Positions 12,900-26,450 of a stretch of DNA of 64,000 nt are shown here, piece by piece. The notes under the pieces are model-generated. The model worked only from the letters and a program-made list of their open reading frames with translations, had not been told where the DNA came from and did no database searches. A program made the translations under genes and the position numbers. Position 1 is the first letter of the stretch, and every line of letters begins with the position of its first letter. Source of the stretch: Gnetum montanum (Eukaryota > Plantae > Gnetophyta); NCBI GenBank assembly GCA_015680685.1, contig MNCI01002869.1, positions 248,697 to 312,696 on the forward strand. The letters are read 5' to 3'.

Positions 12900-13925
12900 C
12901 ATCTACTAAACTAAAATTCATTACTTAATTTCGTCCACTATATTTTTCCTTTAAGAATACTTTGATGTTCTTTTATTATGAGATGATAAATATGTATACT
13001 AGAAGCCTCAAAGAATTACATGCTCAAACCTTCAAAAGAAGAAATAGAAGAAAAATGATTTGATAAAAATGTAATAATATTCTTAGGTATGTAGTAATAG
13101 AATCATTTATATGAAGTGATTCTAGTTTAGATACTTAACCCTTTCCTATGAGAAATTTAAAAAATTCCTTGCAAGATTAATCTTTAATTTATAATAAGAA
13201 CATGTGGATTTTAGCTAGAACACTTTTAGTTTCAAAAGTATTCCAACATTGTTTAACATTATAAGCTTTAGCATAGACTTTCTAATCTTCAAAATTAAAA
13301 TAACTTTTATTTGAAAGTATTTGCACTGACATATTTTGCAAACTCTTCTTCTATTTGACACCTTCACTCAACAAATTACTTTCCAAACCATTTTGTGTAA
13401 TTTTTGATTCTATGAGTAGTTTACTAGCACTAGTCAATTAAACATATATAACTGACATTTTTTTAAAAATTCATAGACTTTAAAATATGTTTCCCATTAT
13501 GTCCTATAAACATATTAGCATTCATACAAAAAGGCTTCTATTTTTGAAATGTGAAGGAATCAATCCTAGAGAGAAAAATAGAAAAATAATGTAACAAAGT
13601 AGCATTTGTATATATTTGAAACATTAGATAAGTAAAATCTATCTACCAAATAATAAATTCTATTACTTCCCTACTAATAATTATACCAAATATAATTTTT
13701 TGATTTGAATAATTAGAAAATAAAGAGCTAATATTAGAAAGAAAATATATTTTTTAAAAATTACACCAATCTTATTTATATAAGAAGAAATATTAGAATG
13801 GAGATAATCAAGTTTATCTAAATGAATTTCAACCATATTGGAATTACCTTCAAAAATTTAAGAAATTTTAGGATGCGAAAGAAGATATTTCTAAACCTAT
13901 GAATTAATCTATTTGATTTATTAAG
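12900..13925 (-). mobile_element. Highly degraded L1 LINE ORF2 endonuclease fragment
   Basis: Minus-strand peptides IFEGNSNMVE (cf. GGDFNMV) and RIYYLVDRFYLS (cf. SRLDRF); very AT-rich. Confidence 0.5.
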
Positions 13926-13930
13926 AGCAT

Positions 13931-15010
13931 TGATGAGCAATGTGTATCCCCTATGCCTAACCATATGAATCACAAGAGTTCATGCACGATCTAGTCAAAT
14001 TCCATGGATGGAACTAGTTGAGACATTTAAATTGTTAAGCATTGATCATAGGACATTGTCTTCCCACTTGGACTAGTGGTAGCTATGTCACTTATAGTTT
14101 AGTCCAAAGTGAGGCATATGATGGTTGATGTTATTGCAGCCTCATGCTAATCTTAACAATAATAGAGAAATTAATTATTTAACCTCATTAACAATGGGAA
14201 GATAACTTATAAACTAGCCTAAGGGCAATGAGTGTTTTTTCCTAGCTTATTGTACTCATTATGAACCCACGTATCTACTATTAGGATTACCAAGCATTAT
14301 GCCATTCGACAAACCAAGCAATAATGATGTTTGAATTACCAAGTAAATACATGTTTTCACTCAAAATTGGTTGCACTCATTTCACCAATTGATTAATATG
14401 CATAGAAACATAAATATTAACAAAGTACATGAAGAGAAAATTGCATGGAAAGTAAATCTAATCTAACTCAAAGTACTACAGTGAATATGAATCAATCTTA
14501 ATCTTATTGTTGTTCATGGATTATATCCAAGTACAATGCCACTCAAATAAGACGTCGTACAAGTAACTCAAATTCACACTACAAGCACTCACTGATTATT
14601 TTCTAAAATCATGAAATAAAATTGCAAGAGTCTAGTAATCAAAATGATCAAAAGATATCCAATACATGGTGGGAGTCTCGTATTTATAAGCATTTATTAT
14701 AATTATGACCTTACATTTAAAACATCATAGATATGTTGTATGAGGGAATGCTACAATGTAGAAACATTGAATGAGGGGATGCTACAACACACAAGTGTTG
14801 TATGAACAGATGCTACAACATAGATGTGCTGTCTATGACATTGTAGATGCAACATAGCATCTACGACATTATAGATGCAATGTATCAGTCATTTCATACT
14901 CCATCATACCCCCATGACTTACCAAAAACTTGTTCATGAGTGAACAAAATAGGATCAAGCTTCTTATAAAATTGGAATGTATGGGATTATTGATTGACAC
15001 TAACTACTAA
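13931..15010 (-). mobile_element. Athila-type 3' LTR (13931-14906) with adjacent PPT and start of 3' UTR
   Basis: TGATG...CATCA termini. TACCCCCATGACT follows directly (reverse of PPT AGTCATGGGGGTA), the same junction as at 33606-33623 and 58707-58725. ~31-bp tandem units at 14735-14830. Confidence 0.85.
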
Positions 15011-15699
15011 CTAACTCCAAATGTCACATTATAAAATTTTATTCAAGTGGTTGTATTACAAAATGATAAAAAGATTGGATAAACATTAAAGTTTACAAAA
15101 TTTTCAAAGGTCTTCAAAAATCTACTGAAGATGAATCTTCTTATTATTGCTAGCAATGGTAGACTTCCAACCTTGATTGTTTATGTTATTGATTCTCTTT
15201 TTATGTAGAACATGTTTGAAGAATGCACTAAAAATTCATCTCATCATCCCATGGATTGAGCAAACATGTGATTTTTAAGCCTTAACCTTATATTTGCTCC
15301 TATGCATCCATGGGTATATCCTCCTCTATCATTCACTTGGATGTGTTTCCTTACCTAGAAAAGGACCTTTAACCTGAGGCTTTCCTTTTAGCATCACCTA
15401 TGATCACCAAAGGATCATCATTAGTTTTTGTAATCTTCCATTATAATTAACCCTTTTTGGATCCCTAAGTTAGCTTAAAATGTTAGCATTGAAGCTAAAG
15501 GTGATGATAAAGTACTATTCCAAAGGCTATAAAGTAACTAAAATCATCAAGTTGTTCATAGTATGTTGATTAATTGCTATTAGTTACCTTAATGCTCAAA
15601 AGTATGATGTTAGAAAATTTCGAAAAGTACATCCACAGCCCCCATGATTAATGAGTGTAGCTTTAGAAGTGCACAAATTTAAATAATTAAAGCCAAAGG

Positions 15700-17870
15700 T
15701 CTAGTTCAAAAGATGGCTAAGAAATATTAAATTTGAAGATATGTTAATAGAAAAGTAGTAAAATTTATTGAAATTGATGCAAAGTAGTCCCAAAATCATG
15801 AAATTCCTATAAAGGTTTGCAGAACTCTTGGTGGTCCATGAGAAAGAACAATGGATGGTAAAAGATCTCACCCAAATATCTAACACATGGATCCACTACT
15901 TGTTCCACATGATGTGGTCATAGGATCTCCTAGAGGCTATTGGAAGGTCATTCTCAGTGATGACCAAAGGCCATGTGGGGAAATATTACCATGCATATGA
16001 TAGTGTTAGGGAGGCTTCATCAATGAACACCAATAATGCAGCAAGAGGGGCATGACTCATCACTAAGATGATGAAGTCAAAAATGCAAATCAAGAAGCCC
16101 AACCCAGTGGAGAAGCCTATGCATGAAGTTGAAGAGAGGTGCAAGAAGTTGTGATTTAGACTCCATGACATGTGATCAGAACTAGCCAGTAAGTATGCAC
16201 TACTTAGCATCATGTCCCTTTTTTTGGATTTACTATTAGACATTCTAACTTAAATTTGTGCAATGTAGGCAAAAGGGCCCCTACAACAAAAGAGGAGCCC
16301 TTGGAGTATGAAGTCCCTCAGCCCAAGGCACACATGGTAGATTAGGATGAACAAGCCATCGAAGTCCTAAGGCAACTCAAAGAAGAGGGGTTGTAGTTTG
16401 AGGATGGTGGGTTTGATCATTTGTTTCATGGTGTGTAGATGGATGATCCCCTTGCTCTCACCCCTAAGGGATTATTGGGTAGGATCTTTGCAATTCCATC
16501 TTTGTTTTGTTCTTTTTCCTTTCTTTTTTTTTATATTTTTCTATTTATATCTTTATATATATATATTTGTTTTGTTTTTATGGTCATAAAATGCTTTATG
16601 TTACAGCGGCCGATGCTTCTACTAAATGTCTAGAATTAACATCCACTTTTCACACACAACCATGGGCAGAAACTCCAAGCAAGTTCATCTTTATGCAAGG
16701 TGTAGTGGATGATATGATTTCCTAGCTTAAATAGATAGACCCTGAGATAGGTATGTTTACTTTATTGTCATTACCTCTTCTCTCCTTTTTTTTGTTTGTG
16801 TTTTTGTTTTGTTTATTTAGTTGGTTTTTTGTTCTATTTATCTTACAACTAATGTATCACCACTTGGGATAATAGGCTTATGACTCAAATGGGACATGAA
16901 CAAAGTAGTCCAAGTTGATGCTATACCTGAGTTCCCTCCCAAGGTGGAGCCAGTGCCTCATCATGTATACAATGAGGAAAGTAAGTGCACACTGCACTCC
17001 GCACGAGCATTGTAGGAGTATACGCTTGTGAACAAGGAGTTGTGGAAGAAAGTGCAAGAGCTTTAGGAATAAAAGGTGAACTAGGCAACTATATTGGAAG
17101 ATTTACAATCATGTTATGACTTCCTAGCAGCATGTGACAAGTCAAATGGTAGCTAGCACATGACTATGATTGATTACACGAAGTAGTGGTCTGCTTTTTG
17201 GTGTAAGAATGAGGCTACCTATGAGGTCATTAAACAACATTTGCAGATGGACCTCATAGCCAGGAAAAATCAAGATTGGAAGGATTATAGTGTAAAAGTG
17301 TATGAATACGGCCAAACTCAAAAGAACCGCAAACATCATTACAAGCTAAAATGCAAAGCCTACCACAAGAAATACAAGGATGAGTCTGTAGAGTGCCAAT
17401 GTCAAGAGATATTCCTTGATGCAATTAGTGCAAAGTAGGAATAAAAAATGTTCACGAGCCATGTAGTGATTAGTGAGTCCCTGGAGAGATAGATCACTAT
17501 TCCTTCTAGATAGGTCACTTCTACAACATTTTTGCTAGGGCTACCCACATGGATAGCCATGGAGAAAGGTAAAAGCCTCGTGGGCATTGATTTGGGCAAG
17601 GGGGATTAGACATGCATGTCAGAGGATGAAATCCTCCAATGCCTAGAGGCTTGCCTCAACAAGATGCCTCCAAACATGGATGTGGGCCTATGTCAGGTTA
17701 GTTTAACATACTTTATTATTGTCTACTTCATTATAATTTTACATGTTATCCCATTTACTGACTGGTTTATTATTCCATTTTTGTTTGGCACATGCTCCAA
17801 GTGAGGGTGCAGGATCCAACAAAGTAGCAAATGAAGACAAAGGGGAAGAACCTTAGCTTCCCATTTCACC
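15700..17870 (+). pseudogene. Degenerate multi-exon ORF (charged, coiled-coil-like) antisense to the Tat element
   Basis: Purine-rich exon-like blocks separated by T-rich GT..AG segments 16189-16268, 16479-16606, 16751-16875 and one starting 17697. K/E/Q-rich translation, e.g. ORF 17241-17438. Confidence 0.5.
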
Positions 17871-18084
17871 TTGCAATTTGAAATGCTTAAGATGTAGCCC
17901 TATTTTTGGGCACTTTGTGTCTTTTTGGATATTTCATGTTGTTGATGTAATTTTGGACTACATATTTTATTGATGATTTAATGAGAGATATGATAATTAT
18001 TTGCTTCTTATTTTGTCACTTTAACTTATAATTCAGTTGATATTATTATGATTTTAACTTATGATTTAGTTGATGTAATTAGGC

Positions 18085-18215
18085 CCTTTGTGGGCCCCAT
18101 GCTATTTTAAGGCCATGGCAGCAGGGCCATTACTAGTTTAAGGCCTTGGCGAGCCATGTGATAATTTAAGGCCTTTCCAAGTCATGTGGTAGTTTAAGGC
18201 CTCTTCAGGCCTCAT
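18085..18215. repeat. Short tandem array, ~27-bp unit with core TTTAAGGCC
   Basis: TTTAAGGCC occurs four times at ~28-31 bp spacing. Confidence 0.75.
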
Positions 18216-18599
18216 TTTCTTTTCTTTCCTTTTTTTTTGCTAAAAGAAATTGTAACTAATGTTAGGAGAAAATAATAAGCAAACTATAATTGTATAGACA
18301 AAGGAACAAGAGACAAGTTGGATGGGCAAGTGAATTAGGGACATGCCCTAGTCATATAGATGCTTCCTAACCTAATGCGAGTTAAGTGGTAAGTAAATCC
18401 TAGAAGACACTAGATTGTACTCCCTTAGGCCATTTTCTACTATGGAAAAGGGTAATTTTGCCCATAGGGCTTCCTCATGGAGGTTTCTTGTCTTGCTTGG
18501 TTACTTGACATCAGCCAAATAACATTGATTTTCATTACCAATAGGTGGTGTGTCCTTAGAGATCTCTACTTCTGACCCTTGTTTGATGTCTACATTGTT

Positions 18600-21500
18600 A
18601 ATGGTTAGAGGGGTTACGTTGTCACCAAATATCACCACCTCACCACCTTCATAAGGCAAGTGGATCTCCTAACGAATGGGTGAAGAAATGGCCCATAACT
18701 AGGCTAACCAAGACCTTCCTAAGATTAGGTTGAATCCTAGAACCTCTTCAATCATGATGAATTTAATGTTTGTGTGGAATTTCTCCCCTACCATGAAATT
18801 AATGGTGACTATTCCCTTGACAACCATGCATGTTCCGCTAAAGGATTTCAAACATGTCATTGTTGTTGGCCTAATTTGATCCACCAGGACAAGTTTGTCA
18901 ATGACGGGGAATGGGATAACATTCATTGCTACTCCATCATCTATGTGCACCCTGCAGATCTTATATTGACCCATGCAAATCATTATGAACATAGGTGCAA
19001 TGGTTACTTGACCTTGTTAGGATTAGCTTTGATTACTTCATCATGAAAGGTTAAGGGTGTTGACCTTGGTTGTTTGGTTGTAGGCAAGAGCATGATGGTG
19101 TGGATAGCCTTTTCATCTATTGACATGTCTTCCTTAATAGAAATAGATTCCAAAATGTGAACCAAGGCTTCATGATGAGTGTGGTAAGTCATAATTGATT
19201 CATACAGGCTTAAAATTGTATTTTTCTATTTTAGAGCTTATTTGACCTGTCCCAATGCATCCAAAAAATCTTTTCCAACATTAGCTTTTTTGGTGGTTTT
19301 TACCTCCTTCATACATCCTAGGAGATAGATTTCTTGAGGAGGAGATTTGGTTTTTGTTTGGATGGTGGGCCTTTAAGCCTTGTTGCTTGTCTATTGGTTG
19401 TTCGTTTTAGTGTTAGTGGGCTAAGATGGCAAGTTCATAGGTACAGCTGCCAAAGGAGTAGGCTTAGGAGGACCTAGTTCTATGTGTTCCCTAGTCATCT
19501 TGTTAGCCAGACACTCATCATTTCTCCTTGGATGAGTAGGTTGTGATGTAGTCCCCACAACCAAACCCTAGGAAGGTGGAGGATCTACAAGCTTCGGCAC
19601 CTTGATGATAAAAAGGTGTTTAGGATATCATTTCTATGACGTGCGATAGAGCCCTTCCCACAAAGGGTGTCATGGGTAGCTAAGGTGGTGCCTTGATGAT
19701 AAAGAGGACCTATGGACTAGTTGACATTGAGGCCCCGATATCACCAAAGGGCATGCCAAAAAAAATGGGTCATGTGCCAATTCTACATCATCATCAACGC
19801 TAATAGCATTGATGATATAACCTACACCGTTGGCATTTAGTAGGCCCTAATAGACTTTCATGGACTAGTTCTCTGGCTAGATAGGATTACTTTCATTAAG
19901 GACTAGCTTGCCTTGATCAATCATGCATTGGATGTCATCCTTCAGCACTAAGCAATAATCTATGTTTTGGCTATGCAGCTAATCATAGTTGCAAAACTAA
20001 TCTAGTCTAAAGTTCTTAGGTATTAGAGGAAAATTTGGCATAGCCATGGAAGGGTTTTGAAGGACCTCATAGTACCACTCATGGCACTTTCACGCATCTT
20101 CTGACATTTTTTTGTGATAGATGTGCCCAACACTAAGCAGTTGATCCAAAATCTTTGATAACTTTATTGGCAAAGAGGTGTACTTTGAGCGATCCTTGCA
20201 CTCAAAGATTGGCCTTAGGGGAGCTTGCCCCATGGCTACTAATGATGCAAGTTGGTTGGTTCCCACATTGCCAAAACTCAATTCTTTGTTGTTTTTGGCT
20301 AGGACTTTAGGTGCCTTGGCCACTAACTTTTTGTTGTTAGTCTTGGCTTCATCAACCATAGCTACCACAATTGTTGTGGCTTTCCCCTTTTCGTTGTCTT
20401 TCATCACATGTGCATTTTTATAGGCCACATAAGCCAGGTTCCTATTGGTTTCAGCTGCATCCTATATGCTCTTTGTCTAAGAAAAAGCTTGGCTAAGGGA
20501 ATATAGGGCTAAATGTTATAGCTTTGATTTAATGAAATTGTTTACTACACCCTTAAAAATGGCTTGCAGTTGGATTTCAACTATTGGCTCATAGATCTCG
20601 TTAAGGGAGGCACTCCAATGTTGTATGAATTTTTGCACTAGTTCCAATGCTCCTTATTTAATGTTCATTAGCTAATCTAACGTGGCCTCAAGCTTCAAGT
20701 TGTACTTGAAGTAGGTTACAAAATGGCTTAGCACCTTCTCTAGAGTTGAGATGGAAGCCCTAGAGAGTGCACGATACCAGTCAAGAGCTTTGCCAGTTAG
20801 AGACATGGTGAAAATGTAGATGATGGCATGTGGCCATGCTTGCAATAATAAGCACTTAGAATGGAAAGTTACTAAGTGAGCATTGGGGTCACCCTCACTC
20901 GGGGGAGTTAGACCCCAAGAAGCAATGTTAGTTGAGGAACCGCAGAGCTAATGAGATTATCTTGGTAGAAGTCCATTATGTGGACCATTTTCGAGTTGGC
21001 CACCTTAAGCTACTTGGCCTCCTCTATGAGGGTTTAGATAAGTTGAAATGCTTGGTCTAGACTCAGAGATGTCATAGAGGGTTGCATTAGCTATACCATT
21101 GGTAGTGCTGTTGGACTAGCCCACAGCCCTATTGTGGGTTGTGCTACCACATGTGAAGCTTGGTAAGTTTGTTGCTACATGTACTGTAGCACATGTGATA
21201 GTTGTATAGTGGGTATAGATGTTGTGGCCCATCACATTATTAAGGCTATGGATATTATTGGTGGTGGGATTAAGATGAATGGGATAATAAAAATGTGGTG
21301 TCACAGATGCTAATTGTGAAGGTTGAACAAACTACTAAGGAATGACAAATGAAAGGAAGTAGAAGGTCACATTCCTTGTTGTGTAGGTAGGACTTGGTGG
21401 CTGGCTACCACTGGCAAAGACTTGGGCTATGGAAGTATCATGGCTGCCTCAAAGAAGGTAGAGGACTATGATTGGTGCAGTAAGAAAATAGATGTAGGTT

Positions 21501-21700
21501 GTTGGACAGAGACATAGAACAGGATGTTGCTGTTAGAGTGGGATTCAAACTCCTCTTGCCCATCTTGCAGGGGTTCATCATAGTTTGATGCTACATCTTG
21601 CTCTCTTGGCCTACTCACCCTGACAAGTTGGTCCAAGATCCACTTGAAGATCTCAATGAGTGATATGACCATGTCAGGGGTGGGAAAGAACTCCTCCCAT
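18600..21700 (-). pseudogene. gag-protease remnant of the Tat-type element
   Basis: Gag core (HLVTFHSKC, ALDWYRAL); protease CRVHIDDGVAMNVIP...FNLILGRSWL (ORF 18699-18992). Confidence 0.85.
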
Positions 21701-22405
21701 TTCAGTGGATGATCTTGAAACTATGCTTTACTTCCATCTCTTGGTGGTCCAATGATAGGCCTGCCTAAAATTTTGTGCATAGGAAGTTGTACCGTTCATC
21801 ATCGAGTGCCCTCTATTTAGGTGATTGGTATCATAGTCTAAGAGACTACCATTGTGTTCGTACTAGGCTAGGTGGTTGCTCAACATCTTCCACATGTTGA
21901 ATGGGGTAAGCCACCTCCAAGCTCAATGCAATAGTCAAGGAGTTAATGGGTTCATTTTACTATGTAGGGAAGACATGAGAAAATAAGATGCTTGTAGAAA
22001 ATATTTAAGTGTAGAAAAATTTAAAATAAAATGGCTAAGTATGAAAACTGTAAAAGATAGGCCAAAATGACTATGTTTGGGAACATTGAAAAAAAAACTA
22101 TCTCTAGTGTTACACTTGTCACACTATGAGGGACTGTTACACTCATAGGGTTGTCATGCTCTAGAGAACACTCAGAGCTTGATGCAATGGACATAGTTTG
22201 GGCTTTCTATCCTACAGGGTTCTACGAGAACCATCAACTAGATCCAATCTACACCAACCAGAATGTAGACCACTCCTGCATTGGCCCATGATCTAGCTAC
22301 TACTGTGGTAGGTTCACAAGGGTGTTACATCTATGATAGATAGCCACTAGCGATAGGGGTGTAGAAAACATGTGGGACTACCCTTGAGCATAGAAGGAAT
22401 GGGAG

Positions 22406-22423
22406 GCCATCCTTCTAGCACCA
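22406..22423 (-). other. Primer-binding site, tRNA-Asn type
   Basis: Minus strand TGGTGCTAGAAGGATGGC, close to TGGCGCTAGAAGGAGGGC (complement of the plant tRNA-Asn 3' end), just inside the LTR. Confidence 0.8.
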
Positions 22424-22428
22424 AAAAC

Positions 22429-24316
22429 TATGACATCTGAAAACATCAGTGTCTAGAACACTGAGAGGTCCACGGGCATACAACCTAACCCCAAATCCAT
22501 GCCAGGGCTATGCTGGGGAAATGGAAACAAGGTTCCCTAAATGATCTGGTCAATTAGATAGGGACTTACATGGTGTAAAAATAAGCATTTTTAAAGGGAG
22601 TTTATAGAACATTATGCATGGGAGCTAGGACAACTAGCAAGAGCATAGTGTAGAGTCTTGGCCAAACAATAGCAATGTAAATGTGAAAATGTGTATTGAT
22701 AGCAGAGAAATGCTAGAGGTATGCTAAAATTTTGAAATAAATGCTAAGAAAGAAAATGGAACAAAGGTTTCGAAGTAGAGAAATGCACCATCCCAAAACT
22801 AGGGAGCGTAACTTTTGCTTGAACAGGATGTGAAATTGGTATGTTGTGTCAAATAGGAATAGTGATAGCATCGCAATGGAATCACAATCTCTGGGACATC
22901 AAGGATGTAGTGCTAGTAGTTGCAAGGAAGACTAGGCCTATTGGGTTGATGGTCATCATGCTCTGTGGATGCAAGGAAGATGACATCATGGTACTTGCTA
23001 ATGTGTGAAGCTTAGGTGCTTAGGTGGGAGAGTAGCTAAGATGTTGAGAATGCTAAAATGCTTAATACTCTTATGATTTTTTAACCTCTAAAGTGCTAAA
23101 CATCAGGGTATTTATAGGGCTAGGTTTGGTATGAAATGTGGATTGGGTGCCACGTGGCTTGGGTGTCACATGGCATGGGTGTAGACAGGTCACGCTAACA
23201 TGTTATGCTCTTTGTAACAAAGTGTTATACTCCATAGGATAGGAATGGGAACCCAAAGACTATTGAATTGTAACCACACTACCCAAATTCCATGTGCTAG
23301 AGTCTAAGAGACCACCATGTACTTACAAACAATTTCAAAACAAATGCAACTTGGAGACTACACTCTAGGACTACGTCTTCCCCCTCTTCTAAGTAGGGTC
23401 AAGCATAGGGATAATTTCAGGGATCAATGATGGCTACAAAAGAAATGCAAACTATTGATATTGGCTATCAGAGGGATGTCAAAGTTGAGATGAAGGTTGA
23501 TGCTAAGTTCTAGAAGCTTCTGGAGGGTTTTAGAGGCATTTTCCCTATGTCAAGCTGGCTATGCTACATAGCATAGTAGAGTGTAGTAGGAACACTTAGT
23601 GAAATTTTAAAAATTTTTATTTTCCACACCCATCATGCTATATATGTTGCATAGCATAGAAAAGTGTAGCATGAGTACTCTAATAAATTTTAACAAAATT
23701 TATAATGTTTCTTCATGGCACGCTGACCACACTCTAGGGTGTAGTAGGATAGGTAGCCTCGAAAGTTAGAAAATTTCCAAATGCATCTTCCATGTTGAGC
23801 TAGCTTGATAGATCCTTGTCCAAAACTTGGGCAAAATTTGGCCCTAAAACCTGTGTCAATCTTGCAACGCTATGCAACATAGTAGAGCATGACAACTCAA
23901 GAGATAGAAAATTTTCCAAACTAATTTTTCCAGCTTAATCACTTTTGACAAACTCTAGCCTGGTACTTGGATGGACTGGCAATTGGGACATGTGTCAAGC
24001 TAGGTATGTTGGAGAGCGTAGCAAGCTTGATAGAGCATAGGAATTTTTCCAAACTATTTGGTCCATCCAAAGCAATCCTTAACTACTTATGACTTGGCAT
24101 TTGTATAGACTGGCCATGGAAGTGTGTTCTACATTGGTCATGCTGGGGAGTGTAGTAGGAAAACTTAGAAAAATTTTGCAAAAAATAGGACTTGAGGTCT
24201 GCTACGCTATCTACACTATAGAACATAACATTGAACCTAGAAAAATTTCACCCAAGTTTTGATACTTAGAAAAATTTGCTGATGAATTGTAAGAGCTTGA
24301 AATTGGTGGTGTTTCA
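22429..24316 (-). repeat. 5' LTR of the gag-PR-only Tat element
   Basis: Minus-strand start TGAAACACCACC; TATA near 23108-23117; colinear with solo LTR 5218-6845; followed by PBS. Confidence 0.85.
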
Positions 24317-24339
24317 AGACCTTCATAATGAAAGGTTTC

Positions 24340-26450
24340 CTCTAAAGCATTCGTGATGGTAACCTTACAATGAAGGGGAGTCTTGAGCTATGAGAAGCTA
24401 AAGAAGCCCTTTCATTATAGAGGGGTACTTGAATCATGAATGGTTCTCTTGCAGGTCCCCAATTATCATCAATGTTGAATGTTGAAATTAAATAAGGGCT
24501 ATCATTGACATTCAATGAGTCTTTGTAGACCTCCATTGACTAGTTTTGTAGCTAAACTAGGTTAGAAGCATCTAAGACCAGTTCCCCCCTATCTATCATC
24601 CTTTTTAGGTCATCCTTTAGCATAAGGTAGAAGTCTATATCATGACTAGGTAGTTGATGATAATGGTAGAAGAGGTCTATCTTGATGTATCTAGGCAACT
24701 AAGAATAATCCTTCATTTCCTGAGTAGGATCTTTAGCTATTTCACATAGCTGCTCATGTTTCTTTCAAGTAGCTTTGATCATTTTTTTGAGTTGCATGTG
24801 CCCACTTCTTAATAGTTGTTCTAGCAGCTTGGATGCTTTAGTGGCAACATAGTATATTTAGACCTATCCTTCCTTTTGAAGTTAGGTCTATTTGTTGTCA
24901 AGGTAGTGGTCCCAAAAATTGATGGTTGGTTATTACGGTCATTGGTGGAGGCCTTGGGTGGGTTGACCTTAAGCCCTTAGTTTGTTATCTTGGTTTCCTT
25001 GGTTAAAATTCCTTCAATAGTGTTGTTTTGTTTACTCTTTCTTTTTTTCTTTAAGTATGTTGATTTTTATATGATATATAGGTCAAATCATAACTAGCCT
25101 TTGTGGTGTCCTCTATATTTTTAGTTTGCAAGAACACTTGGCTAAGAGATTGTGGATCAAGATAGTAGAGTTTAGACTTAATGAAGTCATTAACTACTTC
25201 CTTGAATATGGCTAACAAGTGGGCTTTGATTATGGGCTTTGATATTTCATTTAGTAGTCCATTTCACCACTGAATGAATTTTTGTATGGGTTCTAATAAG
25301 GCCTACTTGAATTTCATGAGTTGGTTAAGAATTGGTCTAGGATTTAAGTTATACTTGAAGAGGTTGACAAACTAGGATACTAAGTTCTCCAAGGAGGATA
25401 TGGATCCTCTAGGCAATGCATGATACTAATCAAGTGCTCTCCCAATAAAAAACATAGGGAAAATCCTCATGATGGTATAAGGCCATGGCTTCAAGGGCAA
25501 ACATTTAGATAAAAAGATAATAAGGTGAGAATTAATATCACCTTCTTTATTATATTTGCTAAATTTGGGAATGGGAACACCAAGAGGAAGGGTCAATGAT
25601 GGGACTATAGAACTTATGGTATTGTCCTAGTAGAAGTCCATAATCTTGATAGTTGTTATGGTAGAGGCTTTAAGCCTCTTCAACTCCTCTATTAGCTCTT
25701 GGATCATTTAGAAGGTTTGATCCAAACCTTGTGATGGTCCCATAGTTTTTGAGGTTTGTATGTAAGGTTCTGGTGCATGTTGTGAGGCTTGTAACCTTGT
25801 TATGAGTTTTATGATAGAAGGAAAAGGTTGTGCTATAGTTGTGGCTTCTAGGCCAAATAGAGAAAAAAGATGTTTATGCCAGTACTTGAGGCATAAACAA
25901 GACAAATGTGGTGTGTGATCCTTCTATTTGCTAGGGGTCCCATGGTAGATCCCATGTAAGTAGTTAATAGATTTACTATGGTAAAAGCCAACATTGATGG
26001 TTTTAGATATCAAGACTATGTTGTAAATGGCATTGATGTATTATAGGATTTTTTTGTGGCATTGACTAAGTGTGATGTGTGGCTACAATCAGTGTACAAT
26101 CTACCATAGTAGGATATTGAGGAGTGGAAGATGATGGCACCATGGCCATGAACGAAACAAAAGCATTAGGAAATGATTCTATGATATTTGGGGATGTTTG
26201 TTGGAACAATCCTCCAAGGTTTCTTTTAGGCTCAAATTCTACCTTAAATTTATCCTCCTCTTTCTGTTGTTCCCCAAAGGTAGGCTTATCATCTTCCTTT
26301 TCCCTCGTAATCAATTGGACTAAGATGCTAGAATAGACATCATTAAGAGGAATTTTTTCATACAGGGAAGGGATGTACTCTTTCCCACCTCTATGTATGA
26401 GCTTAAACTTCCTTTTGGCCTTGGCTTCAATTCATGAAATTAGCATATAT
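24340..26450 (-). pseudogene. Retrotransposon gag remnant
   Basis: IPKFSKYNKEGDINSHLIIFLSKC...GRALD*YHALPRGSISS; closely paralogous to the gag at ~20480-20900. Confidence 0.85.

Larger units (their letters stand above)
15640..24316 (-). mobile_element. Non-autonomous Tat-type element: 5' LTR, PBS, gag, PR; no RT/RH/INT; 3' LTR not seen
   Basis: LTR 22429-24316, tRNA-Asn PBS 22406-22423, gag core ~20480-20900, protease 18600-18992, then non-coding repeats and an antisense ORF region. Left boundary uncertain. Confidence 0.78.

Noticed and set aside
18085-18215. CRISPR-like repeat-spacer pattern
   Set aside because: Eukaryotic TE context, spacers are related to one another, no cas genes.
340-24316. 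Bipartite complementing system of a pol-only element (340-10215) and a gag-PR-only element (15640-24316)
   Set aside because: The pol-bearing copy also lacks the RT core, the LTR families differ, and all frames are dead.
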